The position numbers and the translations under genes were made by a program. Under the pieces are notes generated by a model. It was not told the origin of the DNA. It was given only the letters and a program-made list of their open reading frames with translations, and ran no database searches. Shown here piece after piece: positions 27,188-35,978 of a stretch of DNA of 64,000 bases. Source of the DNA: Candidatus Omnitrophota bacterium (GTDB lineage Bacteria > Hinthialibacterota > Hinthialibacteria > Hinthialibacterales > Hinthialibacteraceae); the NCBI GenBank assembly GCA_040755155.1, contig JBFMBP010000032.1:26828-90827 (forward strand). The letters are read 5' to 3'. The first letter of the stretch is position 1; each line of letters opens with the position of its first letter.

Positions 27188-27670
27188 CTAGTCCGATTCG
27201 GAAGGGATGGTTCGCTTGGCTTCAACGCTGACTTGCTGAATATTGTTGTCTTTAATAATTTTAATCAACCGTTCCGTCAAACTGGCGCCGCCCCGCACCA
27301 GCAGCGCCCCTTCTTTGCTATAGATGGGATCGATGACTTTCATGTTGGGCGTGAGTTCGGATACGCCGACTCTCATCGCCATCCTTTGGCTGCCCATGGT
27401 TTTCAATTCGTCGATCCGCTGCTTCGCTTCCGCCCGATACGAATCGATCAACGGAGCCTCCACAATTTTTTCGTAGAGGATGCCGCATACGTAAGCCAAT
27501 CCTCCGAAGGCGATGATGGCGATGATGCTGTTGCGAAACAGAAAGACGAAATTGAAGCCATGACCAATTATAGTTGCTGTACCTACAGCCAAAAAACCCG
27601 CGAGACTCACCATCGCGAACATTTGCTTCTTCACGCGCGCAATATCTCGGAATAATCTGACTTTATCCAT
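27188..27670 (-). CDS. Hypothetical membrane protein
   Basis: 160 aa. Two or three TM helices, then a soluble tail (..VSELTPNMKVIDPIYSKEGALLVRGGASLTERLIKIIKDNNIQQVSV) that resembles the N-terminal regulatory region seen in some HD-GYP proteins. Weak call. Confidence 0.5.
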   Translation of the reverse strand: MDKVRLFRDIARVKKQMFAMVSLAGFLAVGTATIIGHGFNFVFLFRNSIIAIIAFGGLAYVCGILYEKIVEAPLIDSYRAEAKQRIDELKTMGSQRMAMRVGVSELTPNMKVIDPIYSKEGALLVRGGASLTERLIKIIKDNNIQQVSVEAKRTIPSESD

Positions 27671-27705
27671 TGTTTCATACTCTTCGATTCGACAAAACGG
27701 TTATT

Positions 27706-27734
27706 GTAAAAACTTGGCTGGGCCTCTCCAGCCC
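27706..27734 (-). terminator. Rho-independent terminator candidate after murQ
   Basis: Minus-strand reading: GGGCTGG-AGAGGC-CCAGCC followed by AAGTTTTTAC. Confidence 0.5.
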
Positions 27735-27931
27735 GAAAAGAAGCGGTGGATAACAGTTACGCTCAGTTTTCCTAATTGAATCGATACAAAAATAAGTTGT
27801 TTAAGTATATCACTTTGGGAAATGGGAAACAATAGACCATTTTAAAGGAAATCATTACAAAAAAGAAATAATTCAACGATCAATGGCGGTTTAACGTCTT
27901 TTTGAAGGATAGGATTGAGATTGTTTGTATT

Positions 27932-28870
27932 TTATCTCCGGGCGTTATTCTCAACCTGAGAATGAATGGCGGGGATATCCTGAATTCTTCCCTTTTTTTC
28001 CAGGATGCATTTTTCCGCCTCTTCGCGCTCTATTCCGCAATAATGCATGACTAACGCCGTTTTCAATCGTCCATTGGCTTTTCTAACCAGCTCATCCGCT
28101 TCTTCATATGATAAATCCGTCAGAGAGGCGACGATTCGGCGCGAGCGGTCTTCCAACTTGCGGTTGGTGGCTGTAAGGTCCACCATCAAGTTTTGATAGA
28201 CCTTTCCAATTCGAATCATGGCCGTCGTCGTAATCATGTTCAATACCAATTTCGTCGCCGTCGCCGCTTTCATCCGCGTCGAGCCGGTAACTACTTCAGG
28301 CCCAACGGTCAGGGTGATGACGGCGTCCGCTTCCGGGACGGAATCCTGGTTGGGATTGCAAGTGATAAAGACGGTTTTCGCGCCTCGCGCATGAGCTTCA
28401 TGCAGCGCGCCGACGACGAAAGGCGTAGTGCTGGAAGCCGCAATACCCGCCACTACATCTAAGAAAGCGACGTTTCGTTGGCGCATCTCCTCCGCGCCAT
28501 GTTCGGGATAATCCTCCGCTCTTTCCACCGCCCGCCGCAAGGCCTCCCAACCCCCCGCAATGACTCCCTGCACCATCTCCGGCGGCGACGAAAACGTGGG
28601 AGGGCATTCGGCGGCGTCCAAAACGCCTAACCGTCCGCTGGTTCCGGCGCCTACGTAGATCAAGCGTCCCTTATGGCGAAACGCTTCTACGGTCCATTCC
28701 ACCGCTTTTTCGATATTTGCAATTTGATCGTCTACCGCGCGGAAAGCGTTGTAATCTTCCGAGTGGATCAACTCCAAAATCTCCCGCGTGGAGAGGCGGT
28801 CGATATTCATGGAATGGGGATTCCGCTGCTCCGTAAGCAGGGAGGCCATCTTTTGCGAATCGGGGGTCAT
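27932..28870 (-). CDS. murQ: N-acetylmuramic acid 6-phosphate etherase
   Basis: 312 aa. LLTEQRNPHSMNIDRLST.. then a SIS domain with YVGAGTSGRLGVLDAAECPPTF. Its start overlaps the rng stop (ATGA at 28867-28870). Confidence 0.9.
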   Translation of the reverse strand: MTPDSQKMASLLTEQRNPHSMNIDRLSTREILELIHSEDYNAFRAVDDQIANIEKAVEWTVEAFRHKGRLIYVGAGTSGRLGVLDAAECPPTFSSPPEMVQGVIAGGWEALRRAVERAEDYPEHGAEEMRQRNVAFLDVVAGIAASSTTPFVVGALHEAHARGAKTVFITCNPNQDSVPEADAVITLTVGPEVVTGSTRMKAATATKLVLNMITTTAMIRIGKVYQNLMVDLTATNRKLEDRSRRIVASLTDLSYEEADELVRKANGRLKTALVMHYCGIEREEAEKCILEKKGRIQDIPAIHSQVENNARR

Positions 28871-30378
28871 GCAATTTCCTCGATGATTTGCTCGAAGTGA
28901 ACGTCGGCGCTGGGGAGAATTTTCAAATCCGTGCCGTATCGCTTGATGAGAACTTCGATTTGCTCTTTCCGTTCTTCGTTGATTTTCGCGGCCAGGCGGG
29001 GATGGACTTTCAAGGCGACGCTATGCGCGCCTTCTTCCTTGCAGATCTCTTCGAAGGTGCGGAAAATCCGGATAATCATGGATTCGTTGGAAAGGATATG
29101 CCCATCCCGCTTGCAGTAATAACACGGCTGCGTCAGCGCTTTGTTTAAACTCTTGCGCACCCGCTTGCGCGTCATTTGCAATAATCCCAATTCCGTCAGC
29201 GGGAACAGATGGGCGCGGGAACGGTCGCGCTTCAAGTGGGTTTCGAAATGCTCGATCAGGTGTTGCTGATGCTCCTTGGAGCGCATATCGATGAAATCGA
29301 TGATGATGATCCCCCCGATGTCGCGCAGCCGCAGTTGCCGCGCGATCTCGGCGGCCGATTCCAAGTTGGCCTGAAAGACAGTTTCTTCCAGATTATGCTT
29401 GCCAACGTAACGCCCCGTATTCACGTCGATGACGGTCATCGCTTCCGTCTCGTCGATGATGATGTACCCGCCGCAATGCAGCCATACTTTCTTGCTGCGC
29501 AATCCTTCGATTTCGGATTCCACGCCATAAGCGCGGAAAACCGGCGCCGCTTCGTCGTAGTAATTGATGCGGTGAACTGGATGCGGCTGTTGTTCTTTGA
29601 TGAATTCTACTATTTCCGTATAGAGTTTCGGCTCGTCGACGACGATCTCGTCAATGCCGTCGGCGATCAAATCGCGGATAATCAAAAAAACCATGCCCGG
29701 ATTCTGATGGATTTTGGCGGGAGCGGCCGCTTTCTCGCTTCTTTTCTGAATTTTTTCCCATTCGGCCAACAGAAATTGCAAGTCTTTGCCGAACTCGTCC
29801 TTCCCCATCTCTTTTCCCGCCGTGCGCACGATGGCGCCCATATTCTCCGGCAGCATTTGGGAAACCATTTCTTTCAAGCGGTTGCGTTCTTCCGGCTCTT
29901 CGATCCGGCGGGATATGCCGATGTGTTTCGTGGAAGGAAGCAGCACCAGGTAGCGCCCCGGCAGGGAAATATTGGTCGTGATGCGGCTGCCTTTGGCCCC
30001 GATCGGCTCCTTGTGCAACTGTACCAGGATTTGTTGCTGCTCTTTCAGCATGTCGCGGATATTGAGCGGCGGCAATTCCGTCTCTACGATTTCTTCCTCG
30101 CCTTCTTCGAAACCATTCTCCTCATCGGTGAAATAACCGAATTCGTCGATTTGGGGATAGAGATCGTTGACATAGAGAAACGCATTGCGGGGCAATCCGA
30201 TATCCACAAAAGCGGCTTCGATGCCGGGAATGATGGAAGTCACAACCCCTTTGTAAATATTGCCGACAATGCGTTGCTCGTTATGCCTCTCGAAATAATA
30301 CTCCGCCAATTTCGAATTTTCGACGATTGCGACCCGGATTTCATAATCATCGGAACTGACAATTATTCGCCTTTGCAT
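28867..30378 (-). CDS. rng: Ribonuclease G/E-family endoribonuclease (Rne/Rng)
   Basis: 503 aa. S1 domain (GNIYKGVVTSIIPGIEAAFVDIG), the catalytic core (..GGIIIIDFIDM.. Mg-site region) and no long C-terminal scaffold, hence RNase G-like. Confidence 0.9.
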   Translation of the reverse strand: MQRRIIVSSDDYEIRVAIVENSKLAEYYFERHNEQRIVGNIYKGVVTSIIPGIEAAFVDIGLPRNAFLYVNDLYPQIDEFGYFTDEENGFEEGEEEIVETELPPLNIRDMLKEQQQILVQLHKEPIGAKGSRITTNISLPGRYLVLLPSTKHIGISRRIEEPEERNRLKEMVSQMLPENMGAIVRTAGKEMGKDEFGKDLQFLLAEWEKIQKRSEKAAAPAKIHQNPGMVFLIIRDLIADGIDEIVVDEPKLYTEIVEFIKEQQPHPVHRINYYDEAAPVFRAYGVESEIEGLRSKKVWLHCGGYIIIDETEAMTVIDVNTGRYVGKHNLEETVFQANLESAAEIARQLRLRDIGGIIIIDFIDMRSKEHQQHLIEHFETHLKRDRSRAHLFPLTELGLLQMTRKRVRKSLNKALTQPCYYCKRDGHILSNESMIIRIFRTFEEICKEEGAHSVALKVHPRLAAKINEERKEQIEVLIKRYGTDLKILPSADVHFEQIIEEIA

Positions 30379-30761
30379 ATTATGAGCATCTCAATCATTC
30401 GCCAAAGGATCGAAAGGATTTTTTATTAAAGTTCAAACTTAGGATTTTTCTTTTAAGTTATTATATATGAATTTATTATTAAATCATTCGCCGGAAAGAA
30501 AAAAAACCGAAAAAAAAGAAAAAAGAAAACGATAGAGCAAACCATCGCCACCCCATCGCCTCTCGTCTCCCTCATTATTTTATCACAACGCCGTCCTTAC
30601 GCCTAAGTTAATTTAAAAGCCGCTTTTATTTCGACGGGGCGGCAAGGGCAAAGTTGTTTTTGCCTTTGAATGAAGCAGAAATAAATCAAGGACGGAAAAA
30701 GTTAATCCACCATTTAGTCAAATACAGATAAGACCTTAACCTTGCTTCTCGCCACCCGCTG

Positions 30762-33284
30762 CTAATCGCCGTATTTAAGAATCAACGGCCTCAACATCCC
30801 GTCTCCGCTTCGATCGTACATATCCAAGCGAGTAGCTTTGACGATTTTCAATGGAAGATCAAGGACTCGGCGCAAAACCTCGATGGCGGCTTCCGGCTTG
30901 ACGTATTTTCCTCCATCTACGGGACAAACGTATTTCAATAGGCATTCGTTTTGATTCACCCGCGAAAGCTCGATCTCTTCCAGACGTAAAATCTTAATCA
31001 ATTCCTTATCGCGCAGAGCGCATTCGATTAATTCGTTCTTTTCCGCATCCATTTCGGGATGAGATAACCGCACGCCGAAATGGAACGCATGAACGGCGGC
31101 GCTGATCTTCTTGGCGTTGGCGTCAAGCTGTACCGCCGCTTCGAATTGAATTCCCGCCGGACAATTGGCGTTGAGACGATCTTTCAGAGTCGATGGATCG
31201 TAATATTCCACAGTCGTAATATCGACATATTCGCGCAAACTCTCCATCCCCACCGGCAGCGCCGAAGCGAAGACGATTTTGGGGTGAGGATGAAATCCCT
31301 CCGAATACGCCAATGGAATGCCCGCCCGCCGCAACAGCGAGTCGAACAAAATCATCAAGTCGTGATGCGAAGCGTAAATCAGCCGTCCGGTTTTACGGAA
31401 GCATAATCGGTATCGACAGCCTTGGCCCGCCGCTTTTGGCGATTCCTCTAAAACGGCGGCTTCTTCATTAGGCGCATGAATGGTAACGATCGTCTCCCCA
31501 TCGCAGACGCGGCATACCCGGCACTCTTCCTGCCCGCAGTGGCGCGACTCTACGCCCCGCAGCGTCTTTTCCCACTCGCGCCATAAATAGCGGGGATCGA
31601 CCCGCGAGGAAACGGCTTGCCATGGCAGGACGTCATCTTTTTCATACGTTTTGGCGGCGTATTCGCTCAAGGAAAGCCCCTGCGAGCGAAAAGCCTCCTC
31701 CCAGCGCTGGATATCGAAAAAGTCGCTCCACTCGTCAAACCGCGCCCCATTTTCGTAAGCGCAGCGGATAACGCCGCCCAGCCGGGAGTCTCCCCGCGCC
31801 ATCGCCGCTTCCAACCGGCTCCTATTAGGATCGTGCCAGTTGAGCTTGATCCGATGCGGCTTGAGGCGCGATGCGATCAAATTCACTCTTCTTTCTATCT
31901 CCGTTTGAGAAATCTGCCCCTGCCATTGGTAGGCGGTATGCGGTTTGGGAACGAAGGGCGACAAGGCGACATGGATAGCGGTTCGTCTGCGTCCCATCTC
32001 TTGCAATAGGCGCTTAATGTTTAAAACCAAATCGGCAATGCCATCTATGTCCTCATCGGTTTCCGTCGGCAGTCCGATCATGAAGTAAAATTTGACCGTC
32101 GATTGATTGGCTGTAACCGATTCGCGCACTGTGGCGTAAATCTCTTCGTCACTGAACGATTTATTGATCGCGCGCCGCAATCGTTCCGTTCCCGCCTCCG
32201 GCGCGAAGGTTAGGCCGGTGGCGCGGATTTTCCCAATCTCCGCCGTTACGTTCGGCGGCAGTTTATCGATGCGCAGCGAAGGCAGAGAAAGAGCAACCCG
32301 CTGCGGATGGTATTCCCGGATCAAAGCGCCGCACAGCGCGGGCAGCGGCGTATAATCCGCCGTAGACAACGACAATAGCCCCAGCTCGTTGAAACCCGAT
32401 CGCTTCAATCCCTCCCGCGCGTCGTTCATGATCCTCTGCGCCGAACGCTCGCGCACCGGACGGCTGGTATACCCCGCCTGGCAAAAACGGCATCCCCCTG
32501 CGCAGCCCCTCATCAATTCCAGCGCCATCCGGTGATGCGTCGTCTGCGTAATAGGGAAAACGGGCCGCGAGGGATAGTAAGAATGTTCATAATCGGCGAC
32601 GATCCGTTTCCTTACTATATCAGGGATTCCGGCCATTTTCGGCGTTAGCGGAAAAATATCCCCCAGCCGGTTCATTCCCCGTTCATAGAGCGACGGGACG
32701 AAGACGCCCTCGATCTCCCCCAGTTTTTCCACTATTTCCGTACGCTTGGCGCCGCTGTTGCGAAGCGCATCCACGCTATGGCAGATATCTAAAACAACAT
32801 CCTCCCCCTCGCCGATGACGAAAGCGTCAATAAAGTCCGCCATGGGCATAGGATTGAAAGCGCAAGGCCCCCCCGCCAAAATCAGCGGATCGCTCTCGCC
32901 GCGTTCGGAAGCATTTAAAGGGATGCCTGCCAGATCCAGCATGGCCAGCACATTCGTGTAAAGCATTTCATGTTGCAACGAAAAACCCACAATGTGCATT
33001 TGTTTCAGCGGCGTTTCGCTATCCAGCGAAGACAAAAGCTCCTGCGATTTCCGCATGGCCTCTTCCATATCCGGCCAAGGCGCAAATACCCTTTCACAAT
33101 GGATATACGGCTGCTCGTTTAATAATCCATAGAGAATTTGCAAGCCGAGGAAGGACATGCCCACCTCGTATACATCTGGGTAAGAGATAGCGATGCGCAA
33201 CCGCGCTTCCGGCTTGAAACGAACCGCGTTCCACTCGCCCCCGATATAGCGCACAGGCTTTTGTATGGAAAGAAGATCAGTCAT
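30762..33284 (-). CDS. B12-binding-domain radical SAM protein (TIGR03960-like) fused to DUF2344 (TIGR03936-like)
   Basis: 840 aa. N-terminus KPVRYIGGEWN, the CxxxCxxC site CAGGCRFCQAGY, and a C-terminal half with ..YASHHDLMILFDSLLRRAGIPLAYSEGFHPHPKI.. The gene pair radical-SAM/DUF2344 followed by rng is a common conserved neighbourhood. Confidence 0.85.
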   Translation of the reverse strand: MTDLLSIQKPVRYIGGEWNAVRFKPEARLRIAISYPDVYEVGMSFLGLQILYGLLNEQPYIHCERVFAPWPDMEEAMRKSQELLSSLDSETPLKQMHIVGFSLQHEMLYTNVLAMLDLAGIPLNASERGESDPLILAGGPCAFNPMPMADFIDAFVIGEGEDVVLDICHSVDALRNSGAKRTEIVEKLGEIEGVFVPSLYERGMNRLGDIFPLTPKMAGIPDIVRKRIVADYEHSYYPSRPVFPITQTTHHRMALELMRGCAGGCRFCQAGYTSRPVRERSAQRIMNDAREGLKRSGFNELGLLSLSTADYTPLPALCGALIREYHPQRVALSLPSLRIDKLPPNVTAEIGKIRATGLTFAPEAGTERLRRAINKSFSDEEIYATVRESVTANQSTVKFYFMIGLPTETDEDIDGIADLVLNIKRLLQEMGRRRTAIHVALSPFVPKPHTAYQWQGQISQTEIERRVNLIASRLKPHRIKLNWHDPNRSRLEAAMARGDSRLGGVIRCAYENGARFDEWSDFFDIQRWEEAFRSQGLSLSEYAAKTYEKDDVLPWQAVSSRVDPRYLWREWEKTLRGVESRHCGQEECRVCRVCDGETIVTIHAPNEEAAVLEESPKAAGQGCRYRLCFRKTGRLIYASHHDLMILFDSLLRRAGIPLAYSEGFHPHPKIVFASALPVGMESLREYVDITTVEYYDPSTLKDRLNANCPAGIQFEAAVQLDANAKKISAAVHAFHFGVRLSHPEMDAEKNELIECALRDKELIKILRLEEIELSRVNQNECLLKYVCPVDGGKYVKPEAAIEVLRRVLDLPLKIVKATRLDMYDRSGDGMLRPLILKYGD

Positions 33285-33389
33285 TAAGCAAACTCTCTCA
33301 CTGTTTCTTTATTTAACACCGATTTCCACAGCGTTTTTAAGCGTCAGGAGTAAGGGCGTCCAAACGATTCTAAGCGGCTTGTTATCGAG

Positions 33390-33575
33390 TCAGGGGACCG
33401 CGATGTCGGATTTCAGTTTTTCGATTCCCATTAGAATAGGAGTGGCGGCGCGTTTGCGGATTTTGACCGTAAAGGACTTTCCATCGAAAACAACTTGCCC
33501 CGGCATATCGATAAAGTGGCGAAAGATCTTACGGGCGCGGCATTTGTCAAACCGGCGCAACTCCTGCGCGAAGAT
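33390..33575 (-). pseudogene. Possible C-terminal relic of a DDE (IS4-like) transposase gene
   Basis: Start-less open frame IFAQELRRFDKCRARKIFRHFIDMPGQVVFDGKSFTVKIRKRAATPILMGIEKLKSDIAVP-stop (TGA at 33392-33390). From memory, the pattern (..F..F...PG.v.....tf.V.l.kRa..P.L) matches transposase C-terminal tails. The frame opens exactly at the MITE boundary. Needs a search. Confidence 0.35.
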
Positions 33576-33751
33576 ATAATCCTAAAAACAGTGATAAGTG
33601 ACAAGTGACGAGTGATTAGTAAAAGAAATTCAGCGATTTACGAAATACATTCCGTTCACCTTATGGGTGAGAAGGATATTATTACGCATCATTATGAAAA
33701 ACAAGGATTAATATTCTCATACTAATTGCCAACTGCCGTTTTTAGGATTAT
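33576..33751 (+). mobile_element. MITE-like non-coding element, copy 2 (176 bp)
   Basis: Same 13-nt TIRs, same heptamer block and same length as copy 1 at 20707-20882. Confidence 0.7.
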
Positions 33752-33774
33752 TAAAACTCGAAAATCGGTTTGAC

Positions 33775-33805
33775 AAAAAAGGCGGGAGTCGCTTCCCGCC
33801 TTTTT
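33775..33805 (-). terminator. Rho-independent (bidirectional) terminator after the serine hydrolase gene
   Basis: aaaaaa-ggcggga-gtcgct-tcccgcc-ttttt: a perfect 7-bp GC stem flanked by an A6 run and a T5 run, 25 nt downstream of the stop at 33830. Confidence 0.7.
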
Positions 33806-33829
33806 CGCGTTATTCATACAAGATGAATC

Positions 33830-35740
33830 TTAGTTCGATAAGAACTCCACGGGACCCGTATTGGCGTAAGGGCCGGAGTAAACGGGGGAGCCGCTGGCTG
33901 TTAACACATACACTTTGAATGCGTATTTATGGCCGAATTGCGGACCGTTTTGAAAAGTGGGGTTTTGAAATTTCTGGTAGCCGGATTTCCATTCGTAATA
34001 CGTATCCGACGTGCTGGCCGCCTGGCCTAAATACTGATAGGCGCCGCCGTCCACGGAAACGTAGACGTGATAGGCTTTCGCGTCCGCATCCGTCAAGTTC
34101 CATTTGACCGCCAAAGCGCGTTCGGCGTCGGCGTCTTTATCCTGGCTATTGCTGAGATCGACCAAGGAAGCGGCGTTGTCCGCAACCGTTACGTTTGCGG
34201 TCGAACCGGTGCTGAAGGACCACAGCGGGCCTTGGATCGTTCCGTTGTTTTTCGTCACGGCGTCGACGCGCCAATAATATTGCGTCTCTTTTTGCAGACT
34301 ATCCACAGCGGCGCTGAGGATTGAGGATGTATATTGCTTTACGGACGAAGTAACAGCGGAGGCTTTATCCACTTCGTCGGCGTTGGTTCCTACGTAAATA
34401 TTGTAGGTTTCGCCGTAGTATCGGCCCGGCTGCCATTTCAGAAGGGCGCCGCCATTGCCGTCGATGGTTACGTTGGCCGCGTTATTCTTGGGCGCGGGTT
34501 CGCAGGGAGCGTTGAGAGCCAAAGGCATGACGCTGTCCAGCAGAACGACTTCGTAACTGCCGTCCCAGGTGTTGGTGCTGATGACGATGGACGCCTCGGA
34601 GTCTTTGAAATTATAGATCAGAGTATGGTAGCCGGGGAATGCGCCGCCGTGGCCGCGGCAGTCGCCGTAAGCCTGATGGGCTTGGATGAGTCCGCCGACG
34701 CCGTAATCCGTGTTAAACCATTTCAGATCGGCGGAGACGAACGTCTTCCATTTTTTCTGCGTACCTTTATTGAGAAGTTCTTCGCTGTTGAAGAGCGCTT
34801 CCAAGTAACGCAGCATATCCCACGGCGTGGAAATGACGGCGCCCGCCGCCCAGGCGTAGGATGGATTGACGTTGGTGACGTCTTGCCAATCTTCATAAGT
34901 GGGAACCTGAAGCGAATTGGCGCGGCTGTAGCCGTGGATCATATTGCTGGGTATCGTTTCGTCCGTGGCGAAATAGGTGTCGTCGAGGCCGAGTTTGTCG
35001 CAGATGCGCGACTTGACTTCTTCCGCCATCGTATGCCCCGTCACTTTTTCGATGATCATACCCACGAGAGTCAAGCCGGAATTGGTATACCACCAGTAAG
35101 GAATTTTAGAAGCTTGATCGGCGGGCGTTTGATATATGGCGGTTTCGTAGGGATTGGGATAGGTATCGCCCGGATTGAAGACGACTGCCATCGTATTCAT
35201 GCTGTCCACAAGATCTTGAGGAGTCCACGCCTTGGTGGGGTAGAGGTCCGGCGTCATGAGGATGTTTTTATCGTTGAGATATTCGGGCAGGCCGGAAGTC
35301 ATTTGCAGACAGTGTTGAATCGTAACCTTGTCGGCGTTATGCGTCAAAATGGTTTCGCCTAGATATTTCGATACCAAATCGTCCAGCCGGATCAATCCTT
35401 CCTGTTCCAATTGAAGGGCGATCATGGCAGTTAAAGATTTCGATACGCTGCCGATGCGGAATTGCATATCGGGCGCTTGCGGAATATTCTCCGCGATATT
35501 CGCTTTACCCGTCGTTCCAACGCGAACGCCCCAGTCCGGCGATTTAACGATCACGACGGCGCCGGGAATTTTTCCTTCGTTCGAGAGCGCGTCGATCTTG
35601 GCTTGCCAGGGAGAGGGAAACGATCTGTAATCCAGGACGTTCGACGCCGCATGAACGGCGCTGGGCATCATGATCGCGAATCCCGCCAGCGCGAGGACGG
35701 CGCTGCAAAAGACGGCAATCCATGGGCTTTTTCGCATCAT
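33830..35740 (-). CDS. Secreted S12/beta-lactamase-fold serine hydrolase (PBP/DD-peptidase-like) with C-terminal Ig/Fn3-like domains
   Basis: ORF 33830..35818. ATG at 35740 with an AGGAGAAG RBS, giving the signal peptide MMRKSPWIAVFCSAVLALAGFAIMMPSAVHA|AS. Catalytic motifs: SxxK (FRIGSVSKSL, DNA 35435-35461), YxN (WWYTNSG) and HxG (GHGGAFPGY). The last ~200 aa contain two Fn3-like repeats (..YYWRVDAV..). Confidence 0.85.
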   Translation of the reverse strand: MMRKSPWIAVFCSAVLALAGFAIMMPSAVHAASNVLDYRSFPSPWQAKIDALSNEGKIPGAVVIVKSPDWGVRVGTTGKANIAENIPQAPDMQFRIGSVSKSLTAMIALQLEQEGLIRLDDLVSKYLGETILTHNADKVTIQHCLQMTSGLPEYLNDKNILMTPDLYPTKAWTPQDLVDSMNTMAVVFNPGDTYPNPYETAIYQTPADQASKIPYWWYTNSGLTLVGMIIEKVTGHTMAEEVKSRICDKLGLDDTYFATDETIPSNMIHGYSRANSLQVPTYEDWQDVTNVNPSYAWAAGAVISTPWDMLRYLEALFNSEELLNKGTQKKWKTFVSADLKWFNTDYGVGGLIQAHQAYGDCRGHGGAFPGYHTLIYNFKDSEASIVISTNTWDGSYEVVLLDSVMPLALNAPCEPAPKNNAANVTIDGNGGALLKWQPGRYYGETYNIYVGTNADEVDKASAVTSSVKQYTSSILSAAVDSLQKETQYYWRVDAVTKNNGTIQGPLWSFSTGSTANVTVADNAASLVDLSNSQDKDADAERALAVKWNLTDADAKAYHVYVSVDGGAYQYLGQAASTSDTYYEWKSGYQKFQNPTFQNGPQFGHKYAFKVYVLTASGSPVYSGPYANTGPVEFLSN

Positions 35741-35978
35741 TATTCTTCTCCTTTTTTTATGTAGTTGATAGAAGGCTTGTAAGAAGCCAATACAACCAAA
35801 TCCAAAATCAATTTGCAATAAAAATCCAATATCAAGGGAAGGAATATCGCCGTTTTTATAAAATTTTATATTAGTACGACTTTTTTCAATATAACATATT
35901 TGCTATTCCTTGTATAGTTAATAAGGCAGAAGAATATTCGAGCCAGCATACAATTTTGATATTGCGCGAATCTCTATG

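Noticed and set aside
29209-30429. 406-aa plus-strand ORF
   Set aside because: Antisense to rng, whose S1 domain and catalytic core are unambiguous.
33265-33579. 104-aa plus-strand ORF in the spacer upstream of the radical-SAM gene
   Set aside because: No RBS, and it overlaps the radical-SAM start. The opposite strand carries the more plausible transposase-tail relic. Likely non-coding.
20707-33751. The two same-orientation MITE copies as ends of a 13-kb composite transposon or island
   Set aside because: The segment contains housekeeping genes (murQ, rng, the conserved radical-SAM/DUF2344 pair, fliA) and no transposase. Independent insertions of a dispersed element are the simpler explanation.
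34334-35362. 342-aa plus-strand ORF
   Set aside because: Antisense to the S12 hydrolase gene, which has the SxxK/YxN/HxG motifs.
33830-35740. Calling the beta-lactamase-fold gene an antibiotic-resistance beta-lactamase
   Set aside because: The S12 motifs are shared by DD-peptidases, esterases, aminopeptidases and PBP-type thioesterases. The size (~636 aa) and Fn3-like tail do not fit a class C beta-lactamase, and no resistance call is justified from sequence alone.
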